Below are positions 18,177 through 28,656 of a stretch of 64,000 nucleotides of DNA, piece after piece (the stretch's first letter is position 1; each line of letters starts with the position of its first letter). Origin of the DNA: an uncultured Spirochaetia bacterium. GTDB lineage: Bacteria; Spirochaetota; UBA4802; UBA5368. The notes under the pieces were generated by a model. The model saw only the letters and a program-made list of their open reading frames with translations. It searched no databases and had not been told where the DNA came from. Location of the stretch: assembly GCA_937877025.1 (NCBI GenBank), contig CALEGE010000009.1, positions 2,039 through 66,038 on the forward strand, given 5' to 3'. The translations under genes and the position numbers were made by a program.

Positions 18177-21100
18177 TTACGATATTTGTTGCAACCATTT
18201 TTTTAATTCTTCGAGCTTTTTTTCGTCCCCTTTCTCGAAGGGCTTGAATAAAAGGACCTCGTGGTCCAGCGGGTCCAGCGAAACGCGGGCGTCTTTTTTT
18301 AGCTTGCTCACAATCTTCTGCCTGTCAACCTTCGCGTCGGATGATATGCGGATGCGCACGCCGCGCGAGTCTTCGAGAATTTCGTCGATCCACAGAAACG
18401 ACGCGAGTGCGCGGATTGTCTCAAGGCGTATCAGAATTCGCACCTCGGCGGGCGGCGGACCGAACCTGTCGATAAGCTCCTTCTCAAGGTCGTCGACTTC
18501 GCCCACGCTTTCGCACGATTCAAAGCGCTTGTAAAATTCTATTTTCTGGCGCTCATCGTTGATGTACGTATCGGGAATGAAAAAGTTCGTTTTAAGAAAA
18601 ACCGGCGTGCGGAACGCGTGCACCGGTTTTTCCCCCTTCAGCTTTCGCACCGCGTCTTCGAGCATCTGGCAATAGAGGTCGAATCCCACCTCCATAATGT
18701 TGCCCGACTGCTCGCGCCCCAGGATGTTGCCCGAGCCGCGTATCTCCATGTCTTTCATCGCGATCTTGAAGCCGCTGCCGAGGTCCGAGTATTCAGCGAT
18801 TACCTGGAGGCGCTTCTGCGCCGTTTCTGAAAGCGGGATGTGCCGCGGGTAGGTGAGGTACGCGTACGCGCGCGTGATCGATCGTCCTACGCGGCCCTTC
18901 AACTGGTAGAGCTGCGAAAGGCCGAACGCGTCGGCGCGGTTTATGATGATGGTGTTGACGTTGGGCATGTCCAGCCCCGATTCGATAATCGAGGTGCTGA
19001 GGAGCACGTCATATTGTTTTTCCAGGAAATCGATCATCACCTCTTCAAGCTGGTGCTCGTGCATCTGGCCGTGCGCTACACACACGGTGGCCTCAGGAAC
19101 GAGTTCGGTGATGAGTTTCGCCTGCGCCTCGATGGTTTGCACGCGGTTGTGCACGTAAAACACCTGCCCGCCGCGCTCTAACTCCCTGAGCATTGCCATG
19201 CGGACGATATCGGGATTTTCTTCGATGACGTATGTTTCGATCGCCTGGCGGTTTTCCGGCGGCGTTGCGATGATTGAGAGGTCGCGGATGCCCGAAAGCG
19301 ACATGTGGAGCGTGCGCGGAATGGGCGTTGCCGAGAGGGTCATAACGTCGACCATGGTGCGCATCTTCTTGAGACGTTCCTTGTGCTTTACGCCGAAGCG
19401 CTGCTCTTCGTCGATGACGAGCAGCCCCAGGTTCTTGATGATAATATCTTTTGCAAGAAGCGCGTGTGTGCCGATGACGATGTCGATCTCGCCGTGTTCA
19501 AGCTTGTGCTTTACCGCCTGTGTTTCGGTGCGTGTGCGGAAGCGCGACATCATGTCGATGGTGATGGGGTAGTCGGCGAAGCGCTTTTTGAAGGTGGAAA
19601 AATGCTGCATTGCCAGCACTGTCGTTGGTACGAGCACCGCGACCTGCTTGCCCGCCATCACCGCCTTGAAGGCGGCCCGGATTGCGACCTCGGTTTTGCC
19701 GAACCCCACATCGCCGCAGATAAGCCTGTCCATGGGCTCGGGCTTTTCCATGTCGTCCTTTATATCCTCGATTGCCGTGATCTGGTCGGGCGTTTCCTCG
19801 AATTCGAACTTCGACTCGAACTCCTCCTGCCACATCGTGTCGGGGGGAAATTGGAAACCGCGGAGGGCCTTGCGCTTCGAGTATATCTGGATCAGCTCCC
19901 CGGCGATCTCCTCGACCGATTTCTGCACCTTCTCCTTGATGCGGTTCCATGCGGATTTTCTGCCGAGCGCGTCGATGCGCGGCGTCTTGCCGTCCATGCC
20001 GATGTATTTCTGCACCATCGTGATCTGGTCGAGCGGCACATAGAGCTTGTCGCTGTCTTCGTACTCGATGAGGAGAAAATCACGCTCGACACCGCCGGCC
20101 GCCATGCGCTCGATACCCTTGAAGATGCCGATGCCGTGATTTATGTGCACCACGTAATCATTGACCTCGAGTTCGAGAAACGATTCGATGGGGCGGGAAA
20201 ATTTTTTCTTGAACTGTCGTTTCTTTCTGTACGACTTGCCGAATATCTCATGGTCGGTCAGGATGAGGATTTTGCATTCGAGAAGCTCGAACCCCTCATG
20301 GAGCGGCGTGATAAGAATATTGAGCGGCGACGTGTCGTTCAGCAGACCGTACTCGTTGTCGGGGCGCATCTCGGCGAAAAGGTCGCTCAGGCGGCGGGCC
20401 TGGCCCTCGAAGCCGGTTGAGAGCACGATCTTCCATCCCTCCGATATCCTTGCGCCGAGGTCTTCGCGCACCTGGGCGATCCTGCCGTGGAAGTTGGGGA
20501 TGCTGCGTATTTTCCACTGTTGCGCGCCGGGCGTCGCGGTGAACACCTGCAGTTCCACGGAACCGGAACGGGCCTCGCTGAATGCGTCGGTTTTCAACAG
20601 GCGTTCGGGCGGAAGGCAGAACGCGGTCCCGCATTTCCGCCGATGAAGCTCTTGAAATACTTTTACAAGCTGGTCGCGCTGTGTCATCAGTTCCAGGGTT
20701 TCGAGAAAGAACACACGCCTGTTCTTGTTAAAATAGGAGAGCACCGACTCCTCACGGATGATGAGGGGGAATACGTCTTCGATGCCGCCGTCGGATTGTT
20801 CGCCCGTATCGTCGCCCCTGAGCGCGGGCGGCATTTCGATGCCGGCGGTGCGCGATTCCTCGAGTTTTTTTATAAGGGATTTCCGTTCCGACGCGGAAAG
20901 CACCAGTTCCCTGCGGGGATAGATTGTTATGCCGGGAATGCTTCCTGTCGAGATCTGGCTCTCGATATCGAATTCGCGGATCGATTCCAGCGTGTCGCCG
21001 AAGAATTCGAGCCGCACCGGATTCTCGTGCGTGGGAAGAAACACGTCGATGATGCCGCCCTTCACGGAAAACTGTCCGAACGATTCGACGCGGTACTCGC

Positions 21101-21590
21101 GTGTGTAGCCGTAATCGGCCAGGGCGGCAATGATGTCGTCGAAGGGATATTCGTCGCCGGCTTCGAGCGATATCCCTTTTTTAATAAGAAATTCCTTCGC
21201 CGGAACGGCGCGCATCAGCGATTCTACCGTTGCCACAATGATGGCCGGCTCGCCGCTGATGATTTTATACAGGGCGGCGATGCGCTCGCGCTCGGTCTTC
21301 TCGGGCGGTGACACGAATTCGTAGGGAAGCGTTTCCCAGGGGGTTAGCGTAAAGACGTTTCCGGGCTCGGTGAAGCACGTGAGGTCGATATATACCTCGT
21401 GCATTCGCTGCGCGTTTTTTGTTATCACGAGCGTCTGCCGCGGTGTGCTGTTAAACGCGGACGCGACGATGAACGGGAACGACGACGGAGCGATTCCTTC
21501 GATGGAAGCGCCGCCGGCTGCCTTCCCGTAGCCGGCGAACTCGCCGGAGCGGATAAACGTGTCGGTTATCGATTTAAGCAGCATAGTCAC
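18177..21590 (-). CDS. mfd: Transcription-repair coupling factor
   Basis: UvrB-like N-terminus, RID domain, CGDVGFGKTEVA, DEEQRFG, SATPIPRT, QLKGRVGRS, C-terminal TRCF domain. Confidence 0.98.
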   Translation of the reverse strand: MTMLLKSITDTFIRSGEFAGYGKAAGGASIEGIAPSSFPFIVASAFNSTPRQTLVITKNAQRMHEVYIDLTCFTEPGNVFTLTPWETLPYEFVSPPEKTERERIAALYKIISGEPAIIVATVESLMRAVPAKEFLIKKGISLEAGDEYPFDDIIAALADYGYTREYRVESFGQFSVKGGIIDVFLPTHENPVRLEFFGDTLESIREFDIESQISTGSIPGITIYPRRELVLSASERKSLIKKLEESRTAGIEMPPALRGDDTGEQSDGGIEDVFPLIIREESVLSYFNKNRRVFFLETLELMTQRDQLVKVFQELHRRKCGTAFCLPPERLLKTDAFSEARSGSVELQVFTATPGAQQWKIRSIPNFHGRIAQVREDLGARISEGWKIVLSTGFEGQARRLSDLFAEMRPDNEYGLLNDTSPLNILITPLHEGFELLECKILILTDHEIFGKSYRKKRQFKKKFSRPIESFLELEVNDYVVHINHGIGIFKGIERMAAGGVERDFLLIEYEDSDKLYVPLDQITMVQKYIGMDGKTPRIDALGRKSAWNRIKEKVQKSVEEIAGELIQIYSKRKALRGFQFPPDTMWQEEFESKFEFEETPDQITAIEDIKDDMEKPEPMDRLICGDVGFGKTEVAIRAAFKAVMAGKQVAVLVPTTVLAMQHFSTFKKRFADYPITIDMMSRFRTRTETQAVKHKLEHGEIDIVIGTHALLAKDIIIKNLGLLVIDEEQRFGVKHKERLKKMRTMVDVMTLSATPIPRTLHMSLSGIRDLSIIATPPENRQAIETYVIEENPDIVRMAMLRELERGGQVFYVHNRVQTIEAQAKLITELVPEATVCVAHGQMHEHQLEEVMIDFLEKQYDVLLSTSIIESGLDMPNVNTIIINRADAFGLSQLYQLKGRVGRSITRAYAYLTYPRHIPLSETAQKRLQVIAEYSDLGSGFKIAMKDMEIRGSGNILGREQSGNIMEVGFDLYCQMLEDAVRKLKGEKPVHAFRTPVFLKTNFFIPDTYINDERQKIEFYKRFESCESVGEVDDLEKELIDRFGPPPAEVRILIRLETIRALASFLWIDEILEDSRGVRIRISSDAKVDRQKIVSKLKKDARVSLDPLDHEVLLFKPFEKGDEKKLEELKKWLQQIS

Positions 21591-21596
21591 ATAGTA

Positions 21597-22385
21597 TCAG
21601 AAGCGCAGTTCCATTTCCACCTGCGCGCTGTCTTTGTCCATGCCGCCTTTCAGGGACGTGCCGGCGCCCGTTTCGAGAATTGTGCGCAATTTATTACGGT
21701 TGCTGAAATACCGGTAGCCGTACCACGCCGATGCGGTTATCCCCGCGGTTGCCGACGCGAACGACACTACCGACAGCACCGTACTGACGACGCCGAAGTC
21801 GATAACCGTGGCGAAGAGGATGCCGATGCCAAGGGATACGGCTCCCGATCCGGCGAAGAACAGGCTGTTGTAGCCGTTAGTAATAGTATTCTCTTTCGAC
21901 AGATACAGGTAACGGATGAGATTCTGCGGCGCAAGCCTGCCGATATCGTCAGCCCGCGCCGTATCTATCGTAAAGGTTTTTTGTATGGGATAGCGCAGGT
22001 AGTGGTAATATTTTGCATCGACGGGCCGGCCATGGAAAATTCGCTCGATGGTATACCCATAGGCCCCGTTTGTCAGCGCGGTGGGAATCTGAAATGCGTA
22101 AAAGCTGTTATGCATAATATCCGGATTTGTCGTGAACGAAAAGTCCTTCTGCGCGTTCTCCGCCGCCGGCCCTTTCGGGCGCACGGTGATGCGGTACAGC
22201 GCGGGCGCGGTGCCGTCTTTCGTATTGTAGATGTCCTGCCATATAAAATACGGCCTCTCGACGCCGATCGTGCCGATCGGGTACACGAGGGGATCGACGA
22301 TGCCCTGCGCTGCCAGCGGCAGGCACGTCATGATGATCGCAATCGCGGTCGTCGCCATTATACGCAGTGTGGCTGCCATTATCAT
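21597..22385 (-). CDS. Exported/membrane hypothetical protein
   Basis: Signal peptide, soluble domain, two C-terminal hydrophobic helices; 6 bp from mfd. Confidence 0.7.
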   Translation of the reverse strand: MIMAATLRIMATTAIAIIMTCLPLAAQGIVDPLVYPIGTIGVERPYFIWQDIYNTKDGTAPALYRITVRPKGPAAENAQKDFSFTTNPDIMHNSFYAFQIPTALTNGAYGYTIERIFHGRPVDAKYYHYLRYPIQKTFTIDTARADDIGRLAPQNLIRYLYLSKENTITNGYNSLFFAGSGAVSLGIGILFATVIDFGVVSTVLSVVSFASATAGITASAWYGYRYFSNRNKLRTILETGAGTSLKGGMDKDSAQVEMELRF

Positions 22386-22822
22386 CCCCGATTATTTATT
22401 TTCGATTGTGCGCACTCCATGTGATTGCCGTTTCGTACATATCTCGCAATCAAAGCGACCGTCGGCGGCCGGAATAGAGCGCCGTGTGCGCCTCTTGTGC
22501 GGTGATATATCTGACGGGGCTGTTTTCGTAAATCATTTTATTTTTATACTGCGGTTTCGTGGAAAAACACCGTTGCCGCAATCTTTTACATGAATGCGCA
22601 CGTTGCGGTGTGCGTGCGCCTCTCCGCGCCGTGCGGCGATAATTTTGCGATACTGGTTGACAAAATTTTGAATATGTGCAATAATTCATCACGCATGGGG
22701 GCGTTTTTCCCATGTATGCCATGCCTCAATCTTTGGGGGAAGCGTCTTTTGTGTTGTATAATGCCGACAATATCATGCCCTGCGGTCCATTCAGTCACTC
22801 TGCTGGTAAAGGAAGGTGCGTA

Positions 22823-23554
22823 ATGGCGCGTGTGGTGATGCAATTCGTTTTTTTCTTCTACCGCCCGGTTTTTTTCATTCTGGCGGCGCTGGATACGGCG
22901 GTTCTCGGTGTCATCGTAATCATCATCTCATATTTCGATCCCGGCGGTAACGTTGTCCACTACATCGGCAGGTTCTGGTCGCGGGCCAACCTGTTGCTCT
23001 CGGGGGTACGCATGCGCGTATACGGCAGGGAGCATATCCGCAAAGGACAGCCGTACGTTGTGATGATCAATCACCAGAGCCACTACGACGTGTGGGCTGC
23101 CATCGGTTATCTTCCGCTCCAGCTTCGCTGGGTAATGAAGATGGAGCTTCGCGGCATACCGATATTCGGCCTCGGGTGCGAGCGGATGGGCCATATTTAT
23201 ATAGAGCGCAGGGACCCTGAAAAGGCGCATCGGAGCCTTGCCGTGGCCGGCGAGAAGATACGAAGCGGGGCGTCGGTGGTGTTTTTCCCGGAGGGGACGC
23301 GCAGCCGCGACGGCAGGCTGCAAGAATTCAAGAAGGGAGGATTCGTTATCGCGCTTTCCGCGGGAGTGCCCATCCTGCCGGTTACTGTCAATGGCGGAAG
23401 AAAAATACTGCCGAAGGGCAGTGTGATGGTGCGTCCCGGCGTGATGGAGATTATAATCCATCCCCCCGTGGACGTATCTGAGTATACCGCCGCGGACAAG
23501 GGGCCCCTTATCACGAAGGTGCGTGAAATTATTGAAAGCGCGCTCGTGGTATAG
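22823..23554 (+). CDS. plsC: 1-acyl-sn-glycerol-3-phosphate acyltransferase
   Basis: NHQSHYD and FFPEGTRS motifs. Start chosen at ATG 22823 after GGAAGG. Confidence 0.9.
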   Translation: MARVVMQFVFFFYRPVFFILAALDTAVLGVIVIIISYFDPGGNVVHYIGRFWSRANLLLSGVRMRVYGREHIRKGQPYVVMINHQSHYDVWAAIGYLPLQLRWVMKMELRGIPIFGLGCERMGHIYIERRDPEKAHRSLAVAGEKIRSGASVVFFPEGTRSRDGRLQEFKKGGFVIALSAGVPILPVTVNGGRKILPKGSVMVRPGVMEIIIHPPVDVSEYTAADKGPLITKVREIIESALVV

Positions 23555-23695
23555 TATCGCGATTATTTTTTACGCGCCGGGACGGGGCAATCAGTAAATT
23601 AATTGACGCGCCGTCCGCGGGGCGTTATACGGCGATCGATATACGGTGCGGCCATGGCGCGCCGGTGCGTGTAATGCGGCCGCATGGAGGGATGT

Positions 23696-24175
23696 ATGAT
23701 TGAAATGCTTTTTCTGCTCGGGTTTTCGCTTCACAATATCGAAGAGGCGCTGTGGCTTCCGCAGTGGTCGAAACGGGCGCGACGGTTTCACCGGGAGGTG
23801 TCTGAAAACGAATTCCGGTTTTCGGTTATTATCGTGACGGCGGTGGGCTATCTTCTGACCTTCCAGTATTACATATGGTCGGATGTATATGCGTGGTCGA
23901 AATATGTGTATCTGGGATTTGTTTTGATGATGGTGATTAACGCGGTTTTTCCGCACCTGCTGGCGACGATTGTGCTGAAAAGCTATGCGCCGGGAACTAT
24001 CACGGGACTTATGCTCAACGTCCCTGTTGGATTGTATATTCTTGCGACGGATATCAATGGCCGCGGGGATTTGATTGCCCTGGGGATAGCGCTTGCGGGA
24101 GTGGCCGCCGTTACGCTTGCAATTATCAATATTCTTTTTAAAGCGGCACCCACATTGCTCTCGGGCAATGAATGA
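23696..24175 (+). CDS. HXXEE domain membrane protein
   Basis: LHNIEE, NAVFPHL, YAPGTITG; hydrophobic. Confidence 0.85.
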   Translation: MIEMLFLLGFSLHNIEEALWLPQWSKRARRFHREVSENEFRFSVIIVTAVGYLLTFQYYIWSDVYAWSKYVYLGFVLMMVINAVFPHLLATIVLKSYAPGTITGLMLNVPVGLYILATDINGRGDLIALGIALAGVAAVTLAIINILFKAAPTLLSGNE

Positions 24176-24214
24176 CTGTAAAACCTATATTTTCGTTATG
24201 AAGGTTTCAGTGTA

Positions 24215-25315
24215 ATGATACGGATACTGTTTCTTGGTGTCGTTGCCGTGCACGGATTGATTCACTGCATGGGTTTTATAAAGGCGATCAGGCCCGAAAA
24301 GATACCACAGATGGCGCAGCACATTGCGCGTCCCGTGGGACTTTTGTGGCTGTCGGCAGCCCTGCTGTTCGCATGCACTGCCGCTCTTTTTTTGCTGAGG
24401 AAGGACTGGTGGTGGATGGCTGCAGTGCCGGCGCTTGTGCTCTCGCAGCCGCTCATCATCATGTCCTGGAAGGACGCGAAATTTGGCACGATCGCTAATG
24501 TGCTTATCTGCGCGGCTGCCGTGGTCGCGTACGGGAACTGGCGCTTTTCATCGATGACTGCCCGGGAGCTTGCGCTGCTTGTTCCGGACCCGGCCGAGCG
24601 ACCCGTCATAATAACAGACGACATGCTGAGCGGCCTTCCGCCCGTTGTGCGGCGATGGCTTGTGCGGTCGAATGTTTCCGGAAAGGTGATGACGCGAATC
24701 GTGCATCTTGCCCAGTCGGGGCGCATGCGCAATAGTCCCGACGGGAAATGGACGAATGTCGAGGCGGAGCAGTGGTTCAACGCGGAACACCCCGGATTTA
24801 TCTGGAGGGCGGACGTGTCGATGGCGCCGGGTGTATTCCTTGCCGGGAGGGACCGCTACCTGAACGGGAAGGGGCAGATGCTGATCAAACTGCTGTCACT
24901 TTTTCCCGTTGCCGAAAGTTCGGGCCCGGAGGCCGATCAGGGTACGTTGTTGCGCTATCTTGCGGAGATTGTCTGGTTCCCTTCCGCTGCCCTTCGTAAT
25001 TATATCAGGTGGCGCCAGGTTGACATGACAACAGCGGAAGCCACAATGACATACGGCGGCGTTACCGCGTCAGGTGTGTTCACGTTTGATGTGAACGGCG
25101 ATATGACGAAATTCGAGGCAAAGCGGTATTATTACCGTCCTGAAGGGGCAACGCTTGAGGACTGGATGATACAGGTGGAGCCGAACGGTTACCGTGAGTT
25201 TGAGGGCGTTCGTGTCGCGGCGCGCGCGTCAGCGACCTGGCGGTTAAAGGAAGGCGATTTCACGTGGTACCGGCTCGAGGTTACGGACATTCGGTATAAC
25301 GAAGCGCCGCGCTGA
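24215..25315 (+). CDS. DUF6544-like membrane-anchored protein
   Basis: HGLIH TM region, LPPVVRRWL, QSGRMR, FIWRA, RYLAEIVWFPSA. Confidence 0.75.
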   Translation: MIRILFLGVVAVHGLIHCMGFIKAIRPEKIPQMAQHIARPVGLLWLSAALLFACTAALFLLRKDWWWMAAVPALVLSQPLIIMSWKDAKFGTIANVLICAAAVVAYGNWRFSSMTARELALLVPDPAERPVIITDDMLSGLPPVVRRWLVRSNVSGKVMTRIVHLAQSGRMRNSPDGKWTNVEAEQWFNAEHPGFIWRADVSMAPGVFLAGRDRYLNGKGQMLIKLLSLFPVAESSGPEADQGTLLRYLAEIVWFPSAALRNYIRWRQVDMTTAEATMTYGGVTASGVFTFDVNGDMTKFEAKRYYYRPEGATLEDWMIQVEPNGYREFEGVRVAARASATWRLKEGDFTWYRLEVTDIRYNEAPR

Positions 25316-25339
25316 AGGAAAGTCTGAAATGCCCGTATC

Positions 25340-25382
25340 AACAGTACCGCATAACGGGGTGTATGCGCAGTATTGTTTTTTT
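25340..25382 (+). terminator. Intrinsic terminator
   Basis: AACAGTAC-CGCATA...TATGCG-CA-GTATTGTT followed by a T run. Confidence 0.55.
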
Positions 25383-25442
25383 AACTGCGAAAAGATTGTT
25401 TACATATAAACATTATGGTGTAAGAATAAAGTAAACAACACA

Positions 25443-27521
25443 ATGAATGCAAGTACCGCACATATTCTTTACATCTCCCTGACGATTCTCTTTGCCGGAT
25501 TTGTTGCCCATGCCGTGATACAATTCGCATATACGTATATTGCACAGCGCTGGAAGAAAGCGCTGCCTCCCCTGTTCCTGACTGGAGCGGCGTTCCTCTA
25601 TTGTATCAGCGATGTTCTGGCGTCGATTTTTGCCTTCATTACTCCGGAGGCAGGCCTGTCGCGTTTTTTTGTAATGCAGAGAGAGTTATCCCTGCTGCTG
25701 TTCGTTATCATCACGCCATATTATATGAACCGGATTTTTGCGATACGCGAGCGGATTAAAAATGTTAACCGTGTTCTTTTTTGGATCGGGATAATCGCAA
25801 CTGCCGCGATGGCATCCATTGCAGCATATAATCCCGATCTTCTTGTGGCCTGGCCAAACCGCGATGGAACAACGGGCGGACATTTTGGCATTATATACGA
25901 TGTGCGGAATATGGGCCCCCTTCTGATAATCCGCAATAGTATAATGACGGCATATCTGCTGTATTCAACGGGCGTTGTTTTGTTTTCAGGGCTCAGGAGA
26001 AATGAGCCGCACAGGTATGCCAGAAGCCTGATCGTGTGCGTGGTATTGAGCTATTTCGTATTCAGTTATCTGTATTCCATTTTGTTTGCTCGCAATCCGG
26101 CGGGATACGGCAGTATTCCGTATCCGCATTTCGGCCTTGGGATCGTAATCTTCATTATATTCATGACGTCCGGAACAATCAGTAACATTATTGACAATTA
26201 TTCCCAACTGGTCAACGTTAAAAAGAATGTTAATAAGATAGTATTATACGATATGCTCACCGACATTCCGAATCGAATAAGTTTTATACGTGATCTCCGA
26301 TCGGCTCTGGAAGAAACGAGAACGCACGGGGGGGCCTTTTCTCTGCTCTTTCTGGATATCGACGATTTTCAAAACCTTAACGAGTGTTATGGGGAAAGCG
26401 TCGGCGATGAAATTTTGCGCAAGTTCTCGGCCCGTCTTATTGATCTGTTCGGACGGGCGGGATATCTCTATCGCATCGGCGGCGACGACTTTGTTTTTTT
26501 GCTCAGGGATTCGCGCCGCGAAGATGACGCAAAAAATCTTGCCGACAGAATCATCACATCGTTGAGAAATCCATTTCTCGTCTCCGGCGTTTCGTACCCG
26601 GTGACCGCCAGTATCGGGATTCTTTATGTCCCCAGAGACGGAGCGGACCACGAGGAGATACTGAAGAACGCCTACAGCGTTATCCGCAGCGCGAAAAAGA
26701 TCAAGAATACCTGCGAGGTCTTCTCATTAGGCCTGCTCGACGATTCATTTAACAGGATTCGCACTGTCAACATTCTGCGGGACAACATCAACAGGGACCG
26801 TTTTACGCTCTATTACCAGCCCGTTGTGGACAGCGATGAAAACATATTTTACGCCGAGGCCCTGCTGCGCTGCACCGATGAAAACCAGCCGCTCGGCGGT
26901 CCGGGGCGCTTCATTCCGCTTATCGAGAAGGCGGGCATGGCGAAAGAGGTTGACAATATGGTTGTCCGCAAGGCCTTTCACGACATGGAGTTGCATGTTA
27001 AAAACCGGTTCAACATCAGCATCAACCTGTCAACAGATCAGCTTGTCAACCAGAAGTACAGCAAATTTCTCTCGTCGTTTGCCGCCCAGCATGGAATTGA
27101 AAACCGGCAGATCATTCTCGAAGTCACCGAGAATCAATTGATGGCCAATCTTTCTTCGGCGCGAGACAGCCTGACGAAGCTGCGAAACAGCGGCTTCGCC
27201 GTGGCAATCGACGATTTTGGCACCGGATTTTCCTCGCTTGCTTACCTGGCGGAGCTGCCCGTTGATTTTATCAAGCTCGATATGATTTTTGTCCAGTCTA
27301 TCCCCGGCGATCTCAGAAAAGAAGCGATGGCGCGGCATATTATTGAGCTTGCTCATTCACTTGACCTCAAGGTTGTTGCCGAGGGTTTCGAGTTGCGCGA
27401 ACAGTTTGATTTTTTCAGGGAGCTGGGGTGTGACTATTTTCAGGGATTTCTTTTTTTACGTCCGATGCCGCTTCACACGATATTACAGGTTTACACCGAT
27501 GAGCGCGATGCCGTGAAATAA
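25443..27521 (+). CDS. Membrane-bound GGDEF-EAL c-di-GMP enzyme
   Basis: About 7 TM helices, YDMLTDIPNR, RIGGDDF, YQP, EALLR, DDFGTGFSSL, IKLD, VAEG. Confidence 0.93.
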   Translation: MNASTAHILYISLTILFAGFVAHAVIQFAYTYIAQRWKKALPPLFLTGAAFLYCISDVLASIFAFITPEAGLSRFFVMQRELSLLLFVIITPYYMNRIFAIRERIKNVNRVLFWIGIIATAAMASIAAYNPDLLVAWPNRDGTTGGHFGIIYDVRNMGPLLIIRNSIMTAYLLYSTGVVLFSGLRRNEPHRYARSLIVCVVLSYFVFSYLYSILFARNPAGYGSIPYPHFGLGIVIFIIFMTSGTISNIIDNYSQLVNVKKNVNKIVLYDMLTDIPNRISFIRDLRSALEETRTHGGAFSLLFLDIDDFQNLNECYGESVGDEILRKFSARLIDLFGRAGYLYRIGGDDFVFLLRDSRREDDAKNLADRIITSLRNPFLVSGVSYPVTASIGILYVPRDGADHEEILKNAYSVIRSAKKIKNTCEVFSLGLLDDSFNRIRTVNILRDNINRDRFTLYYQPVVDSDENIFYAEALLRCTDENQPLGGPGRFIPLIEKAGMAKEVDNMVVRKAFHDMELHVKNRFNISINLSTDQLVNQKYSKFLSSFAAQHGIENRQIILEVTENQLMANLSSARDSLTKLRNSGFAVAIDDFGTGFSSLAYLAELPVDFIKLDMIFVQSIPGDLRKEAMARHIIELAHSLDLKVVAEGFELREQFDFFRELGCDYFQGFLFLRPMPLHTILQVYTDERDAVK

Positions 27522-27565
27522 ACCGGCGCATTTGGGCGCCGATACCGTGTTGCGTACCCCGCATG

Positions 27566-28588
27566 TCAGCGGGCAATGACAATACCCGTTGGCATCCCGT
27601 CAAGTTGAAGAAACTTTTCCACGTTTGAATTCGGCGCGGCAAGATCGGCGCGATAGATGCTGTTGTCGGCGCCGGACGTCCAGTATATCTTTCCACCCTT
27701 TTTGTCCAGTGCGATCTTCTCGATGCTGAAACCGGCCGCCGTTACCCATTCTGACGGACTTTGCACATTCAGATTCGCCCGTTTAATAGACAGGATAAAC
27801 GGATTTGCGATAGTGTAGTCCACATAATAGACATGGCCTCCGCTGCCATCGACGGCGATGCCCCTGAAGGGGGTTGAGGGGTTTGCCGAACCAGTTCCGG
27901 TAATTTGCTGCATATAGGTGTCGTTATCCATTTCACTCTGGTATACGGCTCCGGAGTTTCCGCTACCGAAAGCGGCATGCACGTTCCAGTATGAACCGGC
28001 GTTCAGGTATGTTTTCCGGTTTATCGTATCGAGGCACAGGGCGTAGGTGTAAATATCAGTGATCTTCTTAAACTGTTTCTCCGGTGTCAATACCGGAACT
28101 GGTGCGTTGAGATATGACCGCAAAAGGTCATTTTTAGGCGCGCTAATATTAGTTTCGTTCCAGTATATCATCTGTGCAACGGGGTCGATGGCGATGGCCG
28201 TAGGTCCGTGGCCGGAGTAAGAACGAAAAAGCTCCTCACCGGTTCCGTCCAGGCCGGTCCTCCTGATCTGAAACGTGGTTCCCCCGGAATATTCGGCCCA
28301 GTACACCTTTCTACCGGTCATATCAAGGGCGATGTCGAGGGGCACGCGTGGGGAGATGATGGATGCCACGGTTTCAATCACCGTTTCGTCGGTTAAAATG
28401 CGCTTTATGCCGCTCCCCGATTCGGTCCAGTACAAGAGGACGTTCGGCGGATCTGCCGAGCCTTTGTCATCCAGCAATATCTCGAATTCCGAGCCACAGC
28501 GGCCGCCGAATAGTAAGAAACAGATTATGATGACAGCCAGTAGCGTGCAACACGTGGCGCCCGATTGTATATTTGTTTTCTTACGCAT
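27566..28588 (-). CDS. Exported YWTD (LDL-receptor class B-like) beta-propeller protein, possible lipoprotein
   Basis: Repeats KVYWAE, MIYWNE, HVYYVD, KIYWTS, each preceded by IALD/IAID/IAVD. Start chosen at ATG 28588. Confidence 0.8.
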   Translation of the reverse strand: MRKKTNIQSGATCCTLLAVIIICFLLFGGRCGSEFEILLDDKGSADPPNVLLYWTESGSGIKRILTDETVIETVASIISPRVPLDIALDMTGRKVYWAEYSGGTTFQIRRTGLDGTGEELFRSYSGHGPTAIAIDPVAQMIYWNETNISAPKNDLLRSYLNAPVPVLTPEKQFKKITDIYTYALCLDTINRKTYLNAGSYWNVHAAFGSGNSGAVYQSEMDNDTYMQQITGTGSANPSTPFRGIAVDGSGGHVYYVDYTIANPFILSIKRANLNVQSPSEWVTAAGFSIEKIALDKKGGKIYWTSGADNSIYRADLAAPNSNVEKFLQLDGMPTGIVIAR

Positions 28589-28656
28589 CAGTAACGCATA
28601 TACCTCTGCTGAACATATATAAGAGCAAAAATAAACCGGCGAAATTAAGGAATATT

